Below are positions 11,563 through 23,174 of a DNA stretch of 64,000 bases, piece by piece. The position numbers were made by a program, and so were the translations under genes. The notes beneath the pieces are model-generated. The model saw only the letters and a program-made list of their open reading frames with translations, made no database searches and was not told where the DNA came from. Source of the stretch: Callorhinchus milii (taxonomy: Eukaryota). The stretch spans positions 20,090,001 to 20,154,000 of the forward strand of contig NW_024704742.1 of the NCBI RefSeq assembly GCF_018977255.1, in the 5' to 3' direction. Position 1 is the first letter of the stretch; every line of letters starts with the position of its first letter.

Positions 11563-11870
11563 CATAGATTTAGATGGACTGTACAGTATGGAAATAGGCC
11601 ATTTGGCCCAACCAGTAAATGCCGGCGTTTATACTCCGCATAAGTCTTCCTCACTCCTTCCCATATGCTTCTCCTTTCTCCCTCTTACTAATATCTAAAT
11701 GCATCTAAATTCTGCATTTATCCACAAAACATAGTTACAGTATATTAGTATGATTATTATTGTTATTGTCTATACTATCTGCTTCAACCACAACTTCAGG
11801 CAACGAGTTCTATTTTCCCACTATCCTCTATGTGAAGAAGTTCCTCCTAAATTCTCCTGGATCCCCGAGG
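11563..11870 (-). mobile_element. CR1 3' end, degenerate
   Basis: CATAGA...ACAGTATGGAAATAGGCCATTTGGCCCAACC is the reverse complement of a CR1 3' tail. Confidence 0.6.
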
Positions 11871-13463
11871 CACTATCTTATACTTTTGACAATTGTGCTG
11901 TTCTTAAGGAATTGAGAGCAATTCACCACCTGTTTCTAATTTCCCAAAGTGACTCAAAGCTACCTTAGAAACATCCCCCAGTTCTCCAGGCAATTTCGCA
12001 AAGTTCTTCTGTGAATAAGTAACCCTTAAAATTTCCCTTCATAGCACTTGCAGTTTATCGCTTGGAAAATAGCCTGGTTTATGTTCCTGATCATTGTTCT
12101 GTGACCCCTGCTAGAAAGTGTGCATATTTGGAAATTTGATGAGGACAAACTTGGCCCCAAATCCCCTCCCCTGTTTTTAAATATGTGCATAGTGACTGCC
12201 AAACACATAACAAAATATGTCGTCATTAGTAAATTCTGTGAAATGCTTTGAGGAGGCTGACTTTCTACCTGACTTTATCGACCAGCAAGTTCTGAGAAGC
12301 TTCTGCATGTTTGGGGTTACGTTAACAACCACTTCTTGCTTTTGGCAAGAATTGATTCTTCACTCTATCCTAAAGGGTTGATATCTCTGAATGAGGATAT
12401 AATAATTGCATGATTGTCTCAGTAGTTCTTTGGAAAAATATTTAGTCTCCTGCAACCTCTGTAGAACTTAAGCATCAGATATCTCTTAAGTGTTCAGCCA
12501 CTCTCAGAAGGTTGCAGAATTAACCAATTAAATATTCATCCAATTGACTATAATCATCTAAGTCTTCAAATTAAAATGCCGGGTGCTGTCCACTTATCTC
12601 CTTCGGAGACCAAGATGTATGAGGTGGCAGTCCAAAGCATGTCTCATTACCACTTGAGTCTGAAGACTGTGGAAGGATCTTGTTGTAAGTTTTGATGTGT
12701 GACCTTTTCAGAGGCTCTAAAGAGCCGCAGTTTTCATATATGACTTTTGCCTGCGTGAGGAAAGTGTTAACTTAAGATGCAATCTCAGTTTCTGGCCAGC
12801 AATATCAGTATTTTAGCCCAAATAAAACACTCCAGATGCATCAGAATACAGTTGCTGTAACCTTATCTCATGGACACTACATCCGCAGAGTTATTTACAA
12901 TTTTAAGGTAACTGAATAATATGGTGACATTACAGTATTTTGCCCTCATACAGGCAATTTTAGAATTACAGCGAATTCTTCAATGGATCCAAATCAATAT
13001 CCTCACGTTCAAACCTTCTGAAATCTCACCCCTCCTACCTTCTGCAACCCTTCCTTTGTCCAAAATACTCTGACTGTCCAGCGCCCTGGGACATCTTTCC
13101 GATGTGAAGGGCGCTATACAATAGTAAGTTGTTGTTGTACTGCTGTGGTTGTTCCCACTGCTCAGCGAACACTAACCTGGTGGTGATATCAACTAAGCCA
13201 GCCGGGCTGACAACTGAATAATACATTCATAATATAAATGAATAAAACCATGATTATGATCTACCTTGTTTAATGAAATTATGCTCCCTACAGAGCATCA
13301 CAAGGCCTCAGGCCACATAAACATGAGTAATGGTGAGTCTACGCTACTTGTATAGCAATGTTCCATCTGTGTATGTGCCAAATGTGCATATGGAAAAACT
13401 ATAGTCAAAACAAGAACTAAACTTGCAATTCTCTGTCCTCTCCCTAATTATACAAGGAATAAA

Positions 13464-14087
13464 AATCATAGAATCATACAGCACAGAAGGAGGCCATTCG
13501 ACTCATCCTGTCTGTGCCGGCTCTTTGAAAAGAGCTTCCAAATCAATCCCACTCCCCCGCGCTCTCCCCATAGCCCTGCAAACTTGTCCTCCCCAAATAA
13601 TATCTACTTCTCTCTTAAAAGTTGTTTTCGAATTGCCTTCCACCACCCTTTCAGGCAATGCATTCCAGATCTGAACAACTCACTGTGTGAAACAAATTCC
13701 CCTCACCTCCCCTCTGATTCTTTTAACAACTATTTTAAATTGGTGTCCTCAGGTTACCGACCCACCCACCAGTGGAAATAGTTTCACCTTGTTCACCCTA
13801 TCGAATCCCCTCATAACTTTGAAAATTTCTATTAAGTCTCCTTTTAACCTTCCCTGCTCCAAGCAGAATAATCCTAGCTTCCCTAGCCTCTCCTGATAAC
13901 TGAAGTCCCTCATTCCTGGTACCATCCTGGTAAATCTCCTTTGCACCCTCTCCAATGCCTTGACATCCTTCCTAAATTGTGGTGCCCAGAACTGAACACA
14001 ATACTCTAGCTGAGGTCTAACCAATGTTTCATAAAGGTTCATCATAACTTCCTGACTTTTGTATTCTATGCCCCTATTTATGAAGCC
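13464..14087 (-). mobile_element. CR1 LINE 3' end
   Basis: ORF 13749-14045: NLYETLVRPQLEYCVQFWAPQFRKDVKALERVQRRFTRMVPGMRDFSYQERLGKLGLF..EQGRLKGDLIE; tail GGCCTCCTTCTGTGCTGTATGATTCTATGATT on the minus strand. Confidence 0.93.
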
Positions 14088-14758
14088 TTTGATACTAAAG
14101 AAAAATGAACGAAGCTGCTGGCAAATCTCAGTGTCAATAAAGTGTGTCTGGAACCCTATTGACTCCTGTCATCAACAGATTATATGATTATATGGGTGCA
14201 TATAGCACCCATATCAGCTTTTCCATTTTAGCTGTATGTTACAACATACAACATTGTAGTGAACAGTGATTTTATGAAACTCAGCTTAGCATGCTGTCCA
14301 TAGAGCTACAAGGAATTAAGAAATATTCAAAATGCAACTGATTCCAGTTAAGACCTTGGTCCTGATCCCTTTTTCTCTCTACGGTTTGCAATGTACATTT
14401 TAGAAATTCTTCAATAAAATTCTGTTTTAAAAGTGAACTTGGCATTGGTAAGATAAACATGGCGCCAGGTGTCAGGAGAGAATTGAGATGATTACTTCAA
14501 GCACATTAATTATGTTCAAAGTCTGATAAAGTAAATTTTTGCCAATTAAAGGAATCAGCAGGAAATTGGATAGGGGTTCTTCAACCATCCAGAGACTCTC
14601 TCAGGCAAAAATAGCCCAGCTATTCCCACTAGAAGTCATAAAGGGAATTGTAAGTTAATTATTATCTGGACAGTGTCACAGATGAGGTTTATTAAGATTA
14701 GGGAATATATAAACTGAAAGAACAATGCTCCCAATTAGATCTGAATGGCAATAATGGT

Positions 14759-15655
14759 GTGTCAGCCTGGCTCACTTGGTGTTACTCTCAGAAGGTTGTG
14801 GGTACAAACCTCACGTTGTTCATGCTGATACTCAACACTCCAATCTCTGAATACATGCAGTGCTGGGGGTGTGCTGTAATATTGGTCATGCCATTCATTG
14901 GATGAGATATTAAATTGAGATCATGTCTGCCTGTTCAGATAGATACTAAAGATCTCATGGCACTATTCAAAATGAAAAGGGATTTTCACCTGGCCTGGCC
15001 AATTGTACTGGCCAATCTTCCTCATAAAATTGATGATTCACTTCATGCCTGTTTGTGAAACATTTATGTATGCCAATTGGCTACCAATTTCACTAACAAA
15101 ATACACAATCACTACACTTAAGTCTCCCCAACGCCACAATTCATAAAATCCAATTATTGCAAAACTCTGCCACCGGTGTTCTCACCAGCACCAAATAATG
15201 TGCTTCCATGACTCGAGTCCTTTCCAGAAGAATTGGTTCCCTATTGCAGAACAGAATGATTTCAAGATCCGCACACTTTGTACAGATCACTTCACTCCCT
15301 GACCAATCCCTACCTTCCTGACATTACACTTCTCTACCTGCTCATTAAGCTCCGCTGGCTCTAGCCTCCTGCATGTCCCTCATTCCCTTCTCTCCACCAC
15401 CAGCAGCCATGCATTCAACCACTATGTTCCGAAACTATGGAACCCTCAGCATCATTCCCTCTGTCTTGCCTCCTCCTTGCCCGTCTTCAGTCACCTCCCC
15501 CTGGCTTATCGTGAAGCTTCACCACTGTTAAGTGCTTCAAGATGCTACCTCGGTGAAGGGGGCTTTATAAATGCAGGTTGTTGTATATCCTGTGAAGTGC
15601 TTTGAGAAGTCCTCCTGATGTGAAAGGACTATACCAAATGTAAGGATTATTTTTA
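14759..15655 (+). mobile_element. Deu-domain SINE interrupted by an L2 fragment (~15123-15583)
   Basis: SINE head GTGTCAGCCTGGCTCAC at 14759; L2 piece with tail GATGCTACCTCGGTGAAGGG...GGTTGTTG; SINE tail resumes CCTGTGAAGTGCTTTGAG...AAGGATTAT. Confidence 0.75.
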
Positions 15656-16214
15656 TGCTAGCAGAAAGCCTCCATAGAAACTATTCTGGATGTGAAGAGC
15701 TCCCTGAAACAAATTCTGTTGTTCAGTGCTTGTCTGGTGGCTAAGGTTGAATTCTACTCCCAAAGGAAGCATTTTCATGATGTTGGAATTCCAATGGCAT
15801 CAGAGTGTCTGAATGCTACATATTCATGAGTGAATTCCTGTAGCACCAGTTATTTTTTGAGGCTCCTACACCATTTGTTCAACAGACACATCAAGTCTTG
15901 GTCATTGATTTCTTGACAGATCAACATGCTTGAGGTCTAGTACTGAGGAAGGTGTGGTTGCAGGAGAAATAACACTCATTGTGTGGAAGGCTGGACAGTC
16001 TAGAGAGCTGGTATGATACAATCGGTGAATATCAATACTCAGACATTTCACTAGTGACATGAACAACAACAACAACTTGCATTTATATAATGCCCTTCAC
16101 GCAGAGTAGCATCTCAGAGCCCTTAAATGCTTGAACATACTTTGGTTCCATTGCAGTCAAAGAGAATTACCTGTGAGAAAGCTGTTATAACCATCTTTGC
16201 TTCATCTTAGTGCT

Positions 16215-16610
16215 AGCTTTGCTAATTCAGTAGTATGCTTGTTTCTGGCTCAAAAGGTTATAGGTCCAAGCCCCAGGTCACAATTGAGCTCATTCAGGCT
16301 GACACACCGTATTAAAGGAGCACACTGTATTGTCAGAGATACCATCTTTCAGATGAGATATTTAATTGGAAATCTTGACTGCTTGTTCAGGTGGTTGTTC
16401 AAGATCCTATGACACTCATCAGAAAAGAAACAGAAAAGAGTGTTCCTCCTTATGTCTTGGCCAACAATACTGTAGATTGGTTGGTCATTCACTTCAAAGC
16501 GGTTTGCAAGCCCTGGCTAGCACAGCTGGCTGCTGCATTTGCCTTCACTGCCAGTACCTTTGACAGCAATTACTTGTGAAGAATTTTGAGATGATGTCCA
16601 CATAAAACTT
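16215..16610 (+). mobile_element. Deu-domain SINE, degenerate
   Basis: AAGGTTATAGGTCCAAGCCCC...GCTGACAC...GTTCAGGTGG...AAGATCCTATGAC...CTTGGCCAAC. Confidence 0.7.
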
Positions 16611-16769
16611 CTTCTTGATTTCAAGATTAATTATTTTTCTCTATTGAAGAGGTGACAGTCCTTTTCCATTGTTATCCAGGCTGCAGTGACAACGTCCCCA
16701 CATCAGGGCTGCAATATGGTATGTAGCTTTGGGCTCATATTATTGATATTACGGCTATGGAAATGTAGG

Positions 16770-17236
16770 TTCACAAGAATGACACTGGGGAGAGACAAAA
16801 GAGGTATGAGAAGATGTCGGAGAGATGAAAACTCCTTCCTTTGGAATAGAGAATTTTGGTAACTGAAGCTTAATACTGTTGAATGCAAGATACTACATAG
16901 AGGATCCAAGAATAGGAAATACTCCTTGAATGGGATTGAATTTACCAAAGTGGAGGCTGGAAGAGATCCAGGGGTGTTAGTTGATTTCTTACTGCATCAA
17001 AACAGTGTGAGGCAGCAATAAACAAGACAATTAGGAAGCTGGGCAATATTACTAAATCAGCTGAGTTTAGATCACTAGACATCATTCTCAGGCTGTACAG
17101 TTCACTGGTCAGACCACATCTTGAATACTGTGTACAGTTCTGGCCACCAAGGCATACGGGTGATTCCCAGCCCCTAGCGGCAGTGCAGAGGAAAGCAACA
17201 AGAGTATGATTCCCTGTTAGAGGAATTCACTATGAG
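16770..17236 (+). mobile_element. Old CR1 ORF2 fragment, left half, split by a DNA transposon
   Basis: CTGGTCAGACCACATCTTGAATACTGTGTACAGTTCTGG encodes LVRPHLEYCVQFW; breaks off in the 'SYEERL' region. Confidence 0.85.
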
Positions 17237-17440
17237 CTGGGCTAATAGAAAAGTGCGGTCGCACTTTGTCCGCAGAATCTGCCACAAACACCCTCCTATG
17301 CTACAAACCCGCTATAAATGTCGTTCCAGGCCTGCGGGCCTCCCGGCTGTTTACCTGACATCACTGAGGCTGGGCGGTTCTGGATGTGAATGCCTGCCAA
17401 GGCGCAAGCGGCAAATGGGCTTCACTTGGAGGCCCCGCTG

Positions 17441-18322
17441 TTGTGATTATCTGTGTGTGTTTCTGTGTGTGTGTGTGTGTGTGATTGTCTGTGTGTGTTT
17501 CTATGTGTGTGTGTGATTGTGTGTATGTGTGATTGTCTGTGTGTGTGGATGTCTGTGTGTTTCTGTGTGTGTGATTGTGTGTGTGTGTGTGATTGTCTGT
17601 GTGTGTGTGTGTCTGTGTGCTTGTCTATGTGTCTGTGTGTGTGTGTTTGTCTCTGTGTGTGTCTGTGTCTGTGTGTGTGTTTGTCTCTGTGTGTGTGTGT
17701 GATTGTCTGTGTGTGTTTCTATGTGTGTGTGTGATTGTGTGTATGTGTGATTGTCTGTGTGTGTGGATGTCTGTGTGTGTTTCTGTGTGTGTGATTGTCT
17801 GTGTGTGTGTGTGTTTCTGTGTGTGTGTGTGTTTCTGTGTGTGTGTGTGTGTGTGTTTCTGTGTGTGTGTGTGTGTGTGATTGTCTGTGTGTGTGTGTGT
17901 GTGTGTCTGTGTGCTTGTCTATGTGTGTGTGTGTGTGTCTGTGTGTGTGTGTGTGTCTGTGTGTGTGTGTTTGTCTGTGTGTGTGTGTTTGTCTGTGTGT
18001 GTGTGTGTTTGTCTGTGTGTGTGTGTGTTTGTCTGTGTGTGTGTGTGTGTGTTTGTCTGTGTGTGTGTGTGTGTGTGTTTGTCTGTGTGTGTGTGTGTGT
18101 GTGTTTGTCTGTGTGTGTGTCTGTGTGTATGATTGTCTGATCATGTGTGATTGTGTGTATATCCCACTATATGCATTTGTTAGTGTCTGTGTGTGTGTCT
18201 CTGTGTCTGTATGTGTGTGACTGTGTGTGTTTGTGTCTGTATGTCTCTTTCTGTGTGTCTATGTGTGTGACTCTCTGTCTGTCTGTATGTCTGTCTCTCT
18301 CTCTCTCTCTGTGTATGTGTGT
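17441..18322. repeat. Compound (TG)n/(TC)n microsatellite, part 1
   Basis: Direct inspection; source of the poly-CV and poly-HT ORFs. Confidence 0.97.
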
Positions 18323-18325
18323 CAC

Positions 18326-18932
18326 ATAGGGAAGTCTTGCTGCAACTGTATAGAGCCCTGGTGAGACCACACCTGGAATACTGTGTGCAGTTTTGGTCTC
18401 CTTATTTAAGGAAGGATGTACTTGCCTTGGAGGGGGTGCAGTGTAGATTTACTAGATTAGTACCAGGGATTAAGGGGATGAGTTACGAGGATAGACTGAC
18501 CAATTTGGACCTATATTCTCTAGAATATAGAAGAATTAGAGGGGATCTTATAGAAACCTATAAGATCATCAAAGGGCATGATAGAGTAGATAGTGGGAGA
18601 TTGTTTCCCCTGGCTGGAGAAACTAAAACCAGGGGTCACAACCTTAAAATCAGAGGCAGCCCTTTCGCACTGAGTTGAGGAAGAATTTCTTCACTCAAAG
18701 GGTGGTGAATGTAAGGAACTCACTACCCCAAAGGGCTGTTGACGCTCAGTCCTTGAACATATTCAACACTAAGATAGATATGTTTCTTATTGCAAAAGGG
18801 ATTAAGGGATATGGGGATAAGGCAGGGTTATGGTATTAGCTGAAGTTAGATTAAAAGATCAGCCATGATTGAATGGCGGGGCAGGCTCGAAGGGCCGAAT
18901 GGCCTACTCCTGCTCCTACATGTTATGTTATG
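18326..18932 (+). mobile_element. Young CR1 3' end inserted in the microsatellite
   Basis: ORF 18319-18678: REVLLQLYRALVRPHLEYCVQFWSPYLRKDVLALEGVQ.RFTRLVPG...RGDLIETYKI...TRGHNLKIRG; tail GGGCCGAATGGCCTACTCCTGCTCCTACATGTTATGTTATG; TGTCAC on both sides may be a TSD. Confidence 0.95.
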
Positions 18933-18934
18933 TC

Positions 18935-19422
18935 ACTCTCTCTGTATGTGTGTGACTCTGTGTCTGTATGTATGTGTGTGAATCTCTCTGTGTCTGTATG
19001 CGTGTGACTCTCTCTGGGTGTCTGTATGTGTGTGACTCTGTGTCAGTGTGTGTGACTCTCTCTGGGTGCCTGTATGTGTGTGACTCTCTGTGTGTCTGTA
19101 TGTGTGTGTTTCTCTCTGTGTGTCTATGTATGTGTCTCTCTCTGTGTGTCTGTATGTGTGTGTCTCTTTCTCTCTGTGTCTGTATGTGTGTGTGTCTCTC
19201 TGTTTGTGAGTATCTGTATGAGTATTACTGTATCTTCCTCTCTATGTGTTTGTGTGTCTCTATGTGTATGTGAGTCCCTCTCTCTGAGAATGTGTGTCTC
19301 TTGGTGTCTGTGAGTGTGTGTGTATTTCTCTCACTGTATCTCTGAGTGTGTGTGTGTATCTCTATGTGTATGTGTGCCTCTCTCTTTGCCTCTGAGTGTG
19401 TGTGTGTGTCTCTCGCTCTGTG
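18935..19422. repeat. Compound TG/TC microsatellite, part 2
   Basis: Direct inspection. Confidence 0.95.
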
Positions 19423-19819
19423 TCCATTCACGGCCTCGCTCCCTCCTACCTCTCTGACCTACTATCCCCCTACTTACCTTCCTGTACCCTCCGTTCCTCT
19501 GGCTCCGGTCTGCTCCACATCCCCCGCCCCAACCGCCCTACCATCGGTGGCCGGGCCTTCAGCCTCTCAGCCCCGAGGCTTTGGAACTCTATCCCCCAGT
19601 GCCTTCGTCTTGCCTCCTCCCTTTCCTCCTTCAAGGCCGGTCTCAAGACCTTTTTGACCGTGCCTTCAGCTCCCCTCTCAAACCTCTACCCCCTCCCTTC
19701 CCTCCCCTCACCCTGACCATGTCCCCCCTGCTCGGGTCCTGACCCAACTGTACAGCGCCTTGGGACGTCCTCCCGACGTGAAAGGTGCTCTATAAATGGA
19801 ATCTTGTTGTTGTTGTTGT
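19423..19819 (+). mobile_element. L2 3' end inserted in the microsatellite
   Basis: Encodes IHGLAPSYLSDLL.PY.P..TLRSS..GLL.IPR....TIGGRAFS..APRLWNS.P..LR....LSSFK..LKT; tail CAGCGCCTTGGGACGTCCTCCCGACGTGAAAGG...(TTG)n. Confidence 0.93.
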
Positions 19820-19996
19820 ATTTCTCTCTGTCTCTGAGTGTGTGTGTGTGTTTCTCCCCGTGTCTCTGAGTGTGCATGTCTCTGAGTCTCTGAGTGCATG
19901 GGTCTCTGGGTATGCGTGTGTCTCTCTCTCTGTGGGTCTCTGAGTGCGTGTGTGTCTCTGTCTGTGTGCGTGTGTGTCTTTCTTTGGGTCTGTGTG
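19820..19996. repeat. Compound TG/TC microsatellite, part 3
   Basis: Direct inspection. Confidence 0.9.
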
Positions 19997-20166
19997 CGGT
20001 ACTGGGCCCTGAGAGTCTTAGTAGCCTTGCTGGTGTTCCCCCTTTGCCCCTGATCCCCCCAAAAAAGCCACTCAGTTTGTGTTCAAGAAGCAATTCATAT
20101 TTTTTGCAACCATCTAATAATATGTTATTTTTTGGCAAATATTTCTGCACTTTTCTATTGGCCCAG

Positions 20167-20542
20167 GCTATAAGCAATGATTTAGACAAGTTAGAGCTCC
20201 GGCTTTGAGAGATGATAACTCAAGGGATCTCATAGAGCTGTATAACATTTTAAATGGGATTCAAACAGTAAACGCAGATCAATACTTTAGGATGTATCAT
20301 GATAGTAGAGCAAGCAGACCTAGACTTAGAGTTGTAAAGAGCAATTTCAGGATAGATACCAGGAAGTTTTTCTTTATGCAGAGGGTAATCATTGATCGGA
20401 ACAGGTTGCCATGAAAGGTGGTGGAGGCCAGGACACTGGAGTCGTTTAAAAAGCAGCTTGATGCAATGATGAGGGGACGGTAGGATGGGTGTTCTGGAAG
20501 GATGGGATCAGATGGGCCAATCTTGTGATTTTGTGATCTTGT
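20167..20542 (+). mobile_element. Old CR1 ORF2/3' end, right half (continues 16770-17236)
   Basis: Encodes LDKLEL..RDLIELYNILNG...FRIDTRKFFFMQRVI...NRLP; tail GATGGGCCAA..(TTGTGAT)n. Confidence 0.85.
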
Positions 20543-21989
20543 GAGAATGAAAAGGTATGAGAGCATGAATAGTGAGGAACTGTTTCCACTGTTAGGTTAT
20601 TCAAAGAAAAGAGGAGAAAAGGAATTAAGACTATGCCTTAAACAGCAGATATGTTATTGGTTAGCTGTATTTTACTTTTTTGTTGTTGGGGTAATAGAGG
20701 ATCTAATGGCAGTCTGAGCTTTTCTTTTCCCATTAATTCCAGCACTAATATCACTCAGATTTATGTAACTTCAAATTATCTATGCATGAGTGGGTGTAAC
20801 TTCCATCTTGCCCTAATAATATTTCAATTTGAGGAAGATGTTTCAGTATTTCACTGGTGGTGTCATGCTAGGTCCCAGGGTGGAAATTATATCAATCTTA
20901 GTGTCTAAATAAGTGGTATAGATTGTTCTGAACACAGAAATAAAATCAGCAGTGCAAAGATTATAGCAATAAAAGGGAGGAAGAAAATAATGCAATTAAA
21001 GATCTGACTTAATGACATAGATTTAAATCAATTTTAAGCACTAACCATAGAGTGCAACAAGGAGAAGGGAAAGTTCAAGACACTAAAGGACTATAAAAGC
21101 AGAACCGTTTTGGACTTTTTGATGGATTCCTACAGCCTGTTATAATGTGAAGATATTTCAGTTCCATTAGCTCTTTGACATGCAAATCCAGAATTTATTC
21201 TGTTCGAATCTTAGAATATAAATGTTCCTGCCATCAACTAAGAAATAATACAGAATAGCCTTTGTTTATGAGCAAATGAATTATGCTAGACAACGGAACA
21301 CTTCTTATCCTTAGGCATGTTAATTTATTCCTACACACACACTGAGTTTTTGCCATTCATTGGATACATATGCAAAAACAGATGAGATGGGACAGAGCAA
21401 AACATTAATTTGACAGTGTTGGTATTTATCCCAGTTTGTGTCCATCTTTTTGGTGCTTTGCTTGGATTTTTAAATTGTACTCTTTACAGCTGAACTGGCT
21501 GTAATGTTTGCATACATTAAAATTGGGATTAATATCTGTAGCTGGTTAGACTCCTGTTCTAGAGACAAGGATTTTTCTTCTAAGATTTGAACTATGGTTA
21601 TACAGTATAAAAATTAACTGCAGAATATGCCAATGATTGGTCCGTTAAAAAGGTCCTTGTGCATGCAAATTTCTGAAGCAACAACTTGCATTGATATGGT
21701 GCCCTTCATACTGGACGGTGTCTCGGAATGCTTATAGTTGTAGCGTAGATAAGTCCATCCCTCAAATAACAATTGCATAGCTAGACCAAGCTACTTCCAA
21801 CTTTGTCAATAATCTTTGCTAATGCCCTAAAAGCATTTCCACCAAATCACACAATGGAAAATTGAACTGTTTATTTTTACTATTCAATGTAACTTTTGTG
21901 CATTATTTCTGTTGCACAGAACATCTACAGAATAATTAGCAATTCATAGAAAGCTATGGCCCTTCAGGCTAGTGTCCAATTCACAAGAA

Positions 21990-22890
21990 TTAAAGGTCTA
22001 TAGTTGCCAGGTTTGATTTTATCACCCTTCTTGAATATGGGTACAACATCAGCTTCTTCCAGTATGTTGATACGTTCCCAGTGCTGATTAACTTTCTCAT
22101 AATGTGTGTCAATGCTGCACAAATCTCCTGCCTTGTCTCCCTAAGTACCCTGGGCCTAGAGTATTGCCCATCTGTCCCAGGGGATTTGTTAGTTTTAAGA
22201 CCCTCGAGGCTATCCAGCATCTTAGCCACATTTATGTTAAAATACTGCAGCTCAAACAATGTTTCCGGTCTGATGGTGGGGCCTGATTTAGTGTCCTCTC
22301 TGATAAAAACTTCCAGGAAATGGTCATTTAATGTTTCCTATTTCCTGTCCATTTTTTTAACCCTATTTGAATCCCTTAGGATTTTAAGCCTGACCACCCT
22401 CTTAATGTTGTAATATTGAAAGATTTTTATGGAGGGTTGGTATGTTTTGCGTTTGCTGATATGTCCCTTAACCGATCCTCTGGATGTCTAAATAGTTACA
22501 CACTTGCACTGAATATAATTAACTATTTTTAAATACAATTCTCATCATTCAGTTCCAAACTTAGATACATACTTGTCCCACGTGCACTGCACTGAAATGC
22601 TGTACACTGTCCAGCGCCTTGGGATATCCTCTCAACATGAAAGGCTCTATACAAATGTAATCTTGTTGTTTACAGTTCTCTTGTGGCTTTATTAATCTCT
22701 TTTTTAACTTCTATCTATACAATCTTGTATTCAGTCCAGGAGTGAGCCTCTCCTCTCTCACTATAAGCTTTATAAATCTTCCTTTTCTTCTTTATCTCCA
22801 TTTTTATTTTCGTATTGATCCATCTTAATGCGTTGTTGCTAATTTTGCCCTTGCTGCACTTGGGTACATACTTGTCCCGCATGCACTGCA
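21990..22890 (-). mobile_element. CR1 ORF2 internal fragment (endonuclease-RT linker and RT start), interrupted at 22471-22670
   Basis: Minus-strand translations DKYVPK..RWINTKIK.EIKKKRKIYKAY (22880-22680) and LNDHF.EVF..ED...LKTNKSPGTDG..PRVLRE..EI..AL..I / VVPIFKKGDK.KPGNYRP (22470-21990). Confidence 0.85.
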
Positions 22891-23146
22891 TAATGGTGGC
22901 TATATAAAGTCTTTTTCAGCAGTGCACTGACAACTGAAACATTTGGAAGAATGATGAGAATTGTATTTAGAAGTAGTTAATTATATTCAGTACAAGTGTG
23001 TAACTGTATTTAGACATCTAGAGGATCGGTGTGAGCTCCATTATTTTCATGGCAGATAATGATCCGGCAACAAGTTCCGTGTGACATCTTCCATGATGTG
23101 GATGGAGTGACAAGGAAGTTACTGGTATCAGACATTGTAACACTCG

Positions 23147-23174
23147 ACTTACCTGCAACAGAAAATAAAAAATG
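23147..23174 (-). promoter_or_regulatory. Candidate recursive splice site (3' splice site immediately followed by a 5' splice site)
   Basis: Minus strand CATTTTTTATTTTCTGTTGCAG|GTAAGT in non-repeat sequence. Confidence 0.45.

Larger units (their letters stand above)
17237..20166. mobile_element. Non-autonomous DNA transposon (hAT-like) carrying a TG microsatellite and two nested LINEs
   Basis: 20-bp TIRs CTGGGCTAATAGAAAAGTGC (17237-17256) / GCACTTTTCTATTGGCCCAG (20147-20166), 1 mismatch; 8-bp flanks ACTATGAG / GCTATAAG; the host CR1 continues on both sides. Confidence 0.8.

Noticed and set aside
17453..18329. Long poly-Cys/Val and poly-His/Thr ORFs
   Set aside because: They are translations of the TG/CA microsatellite, not genes.
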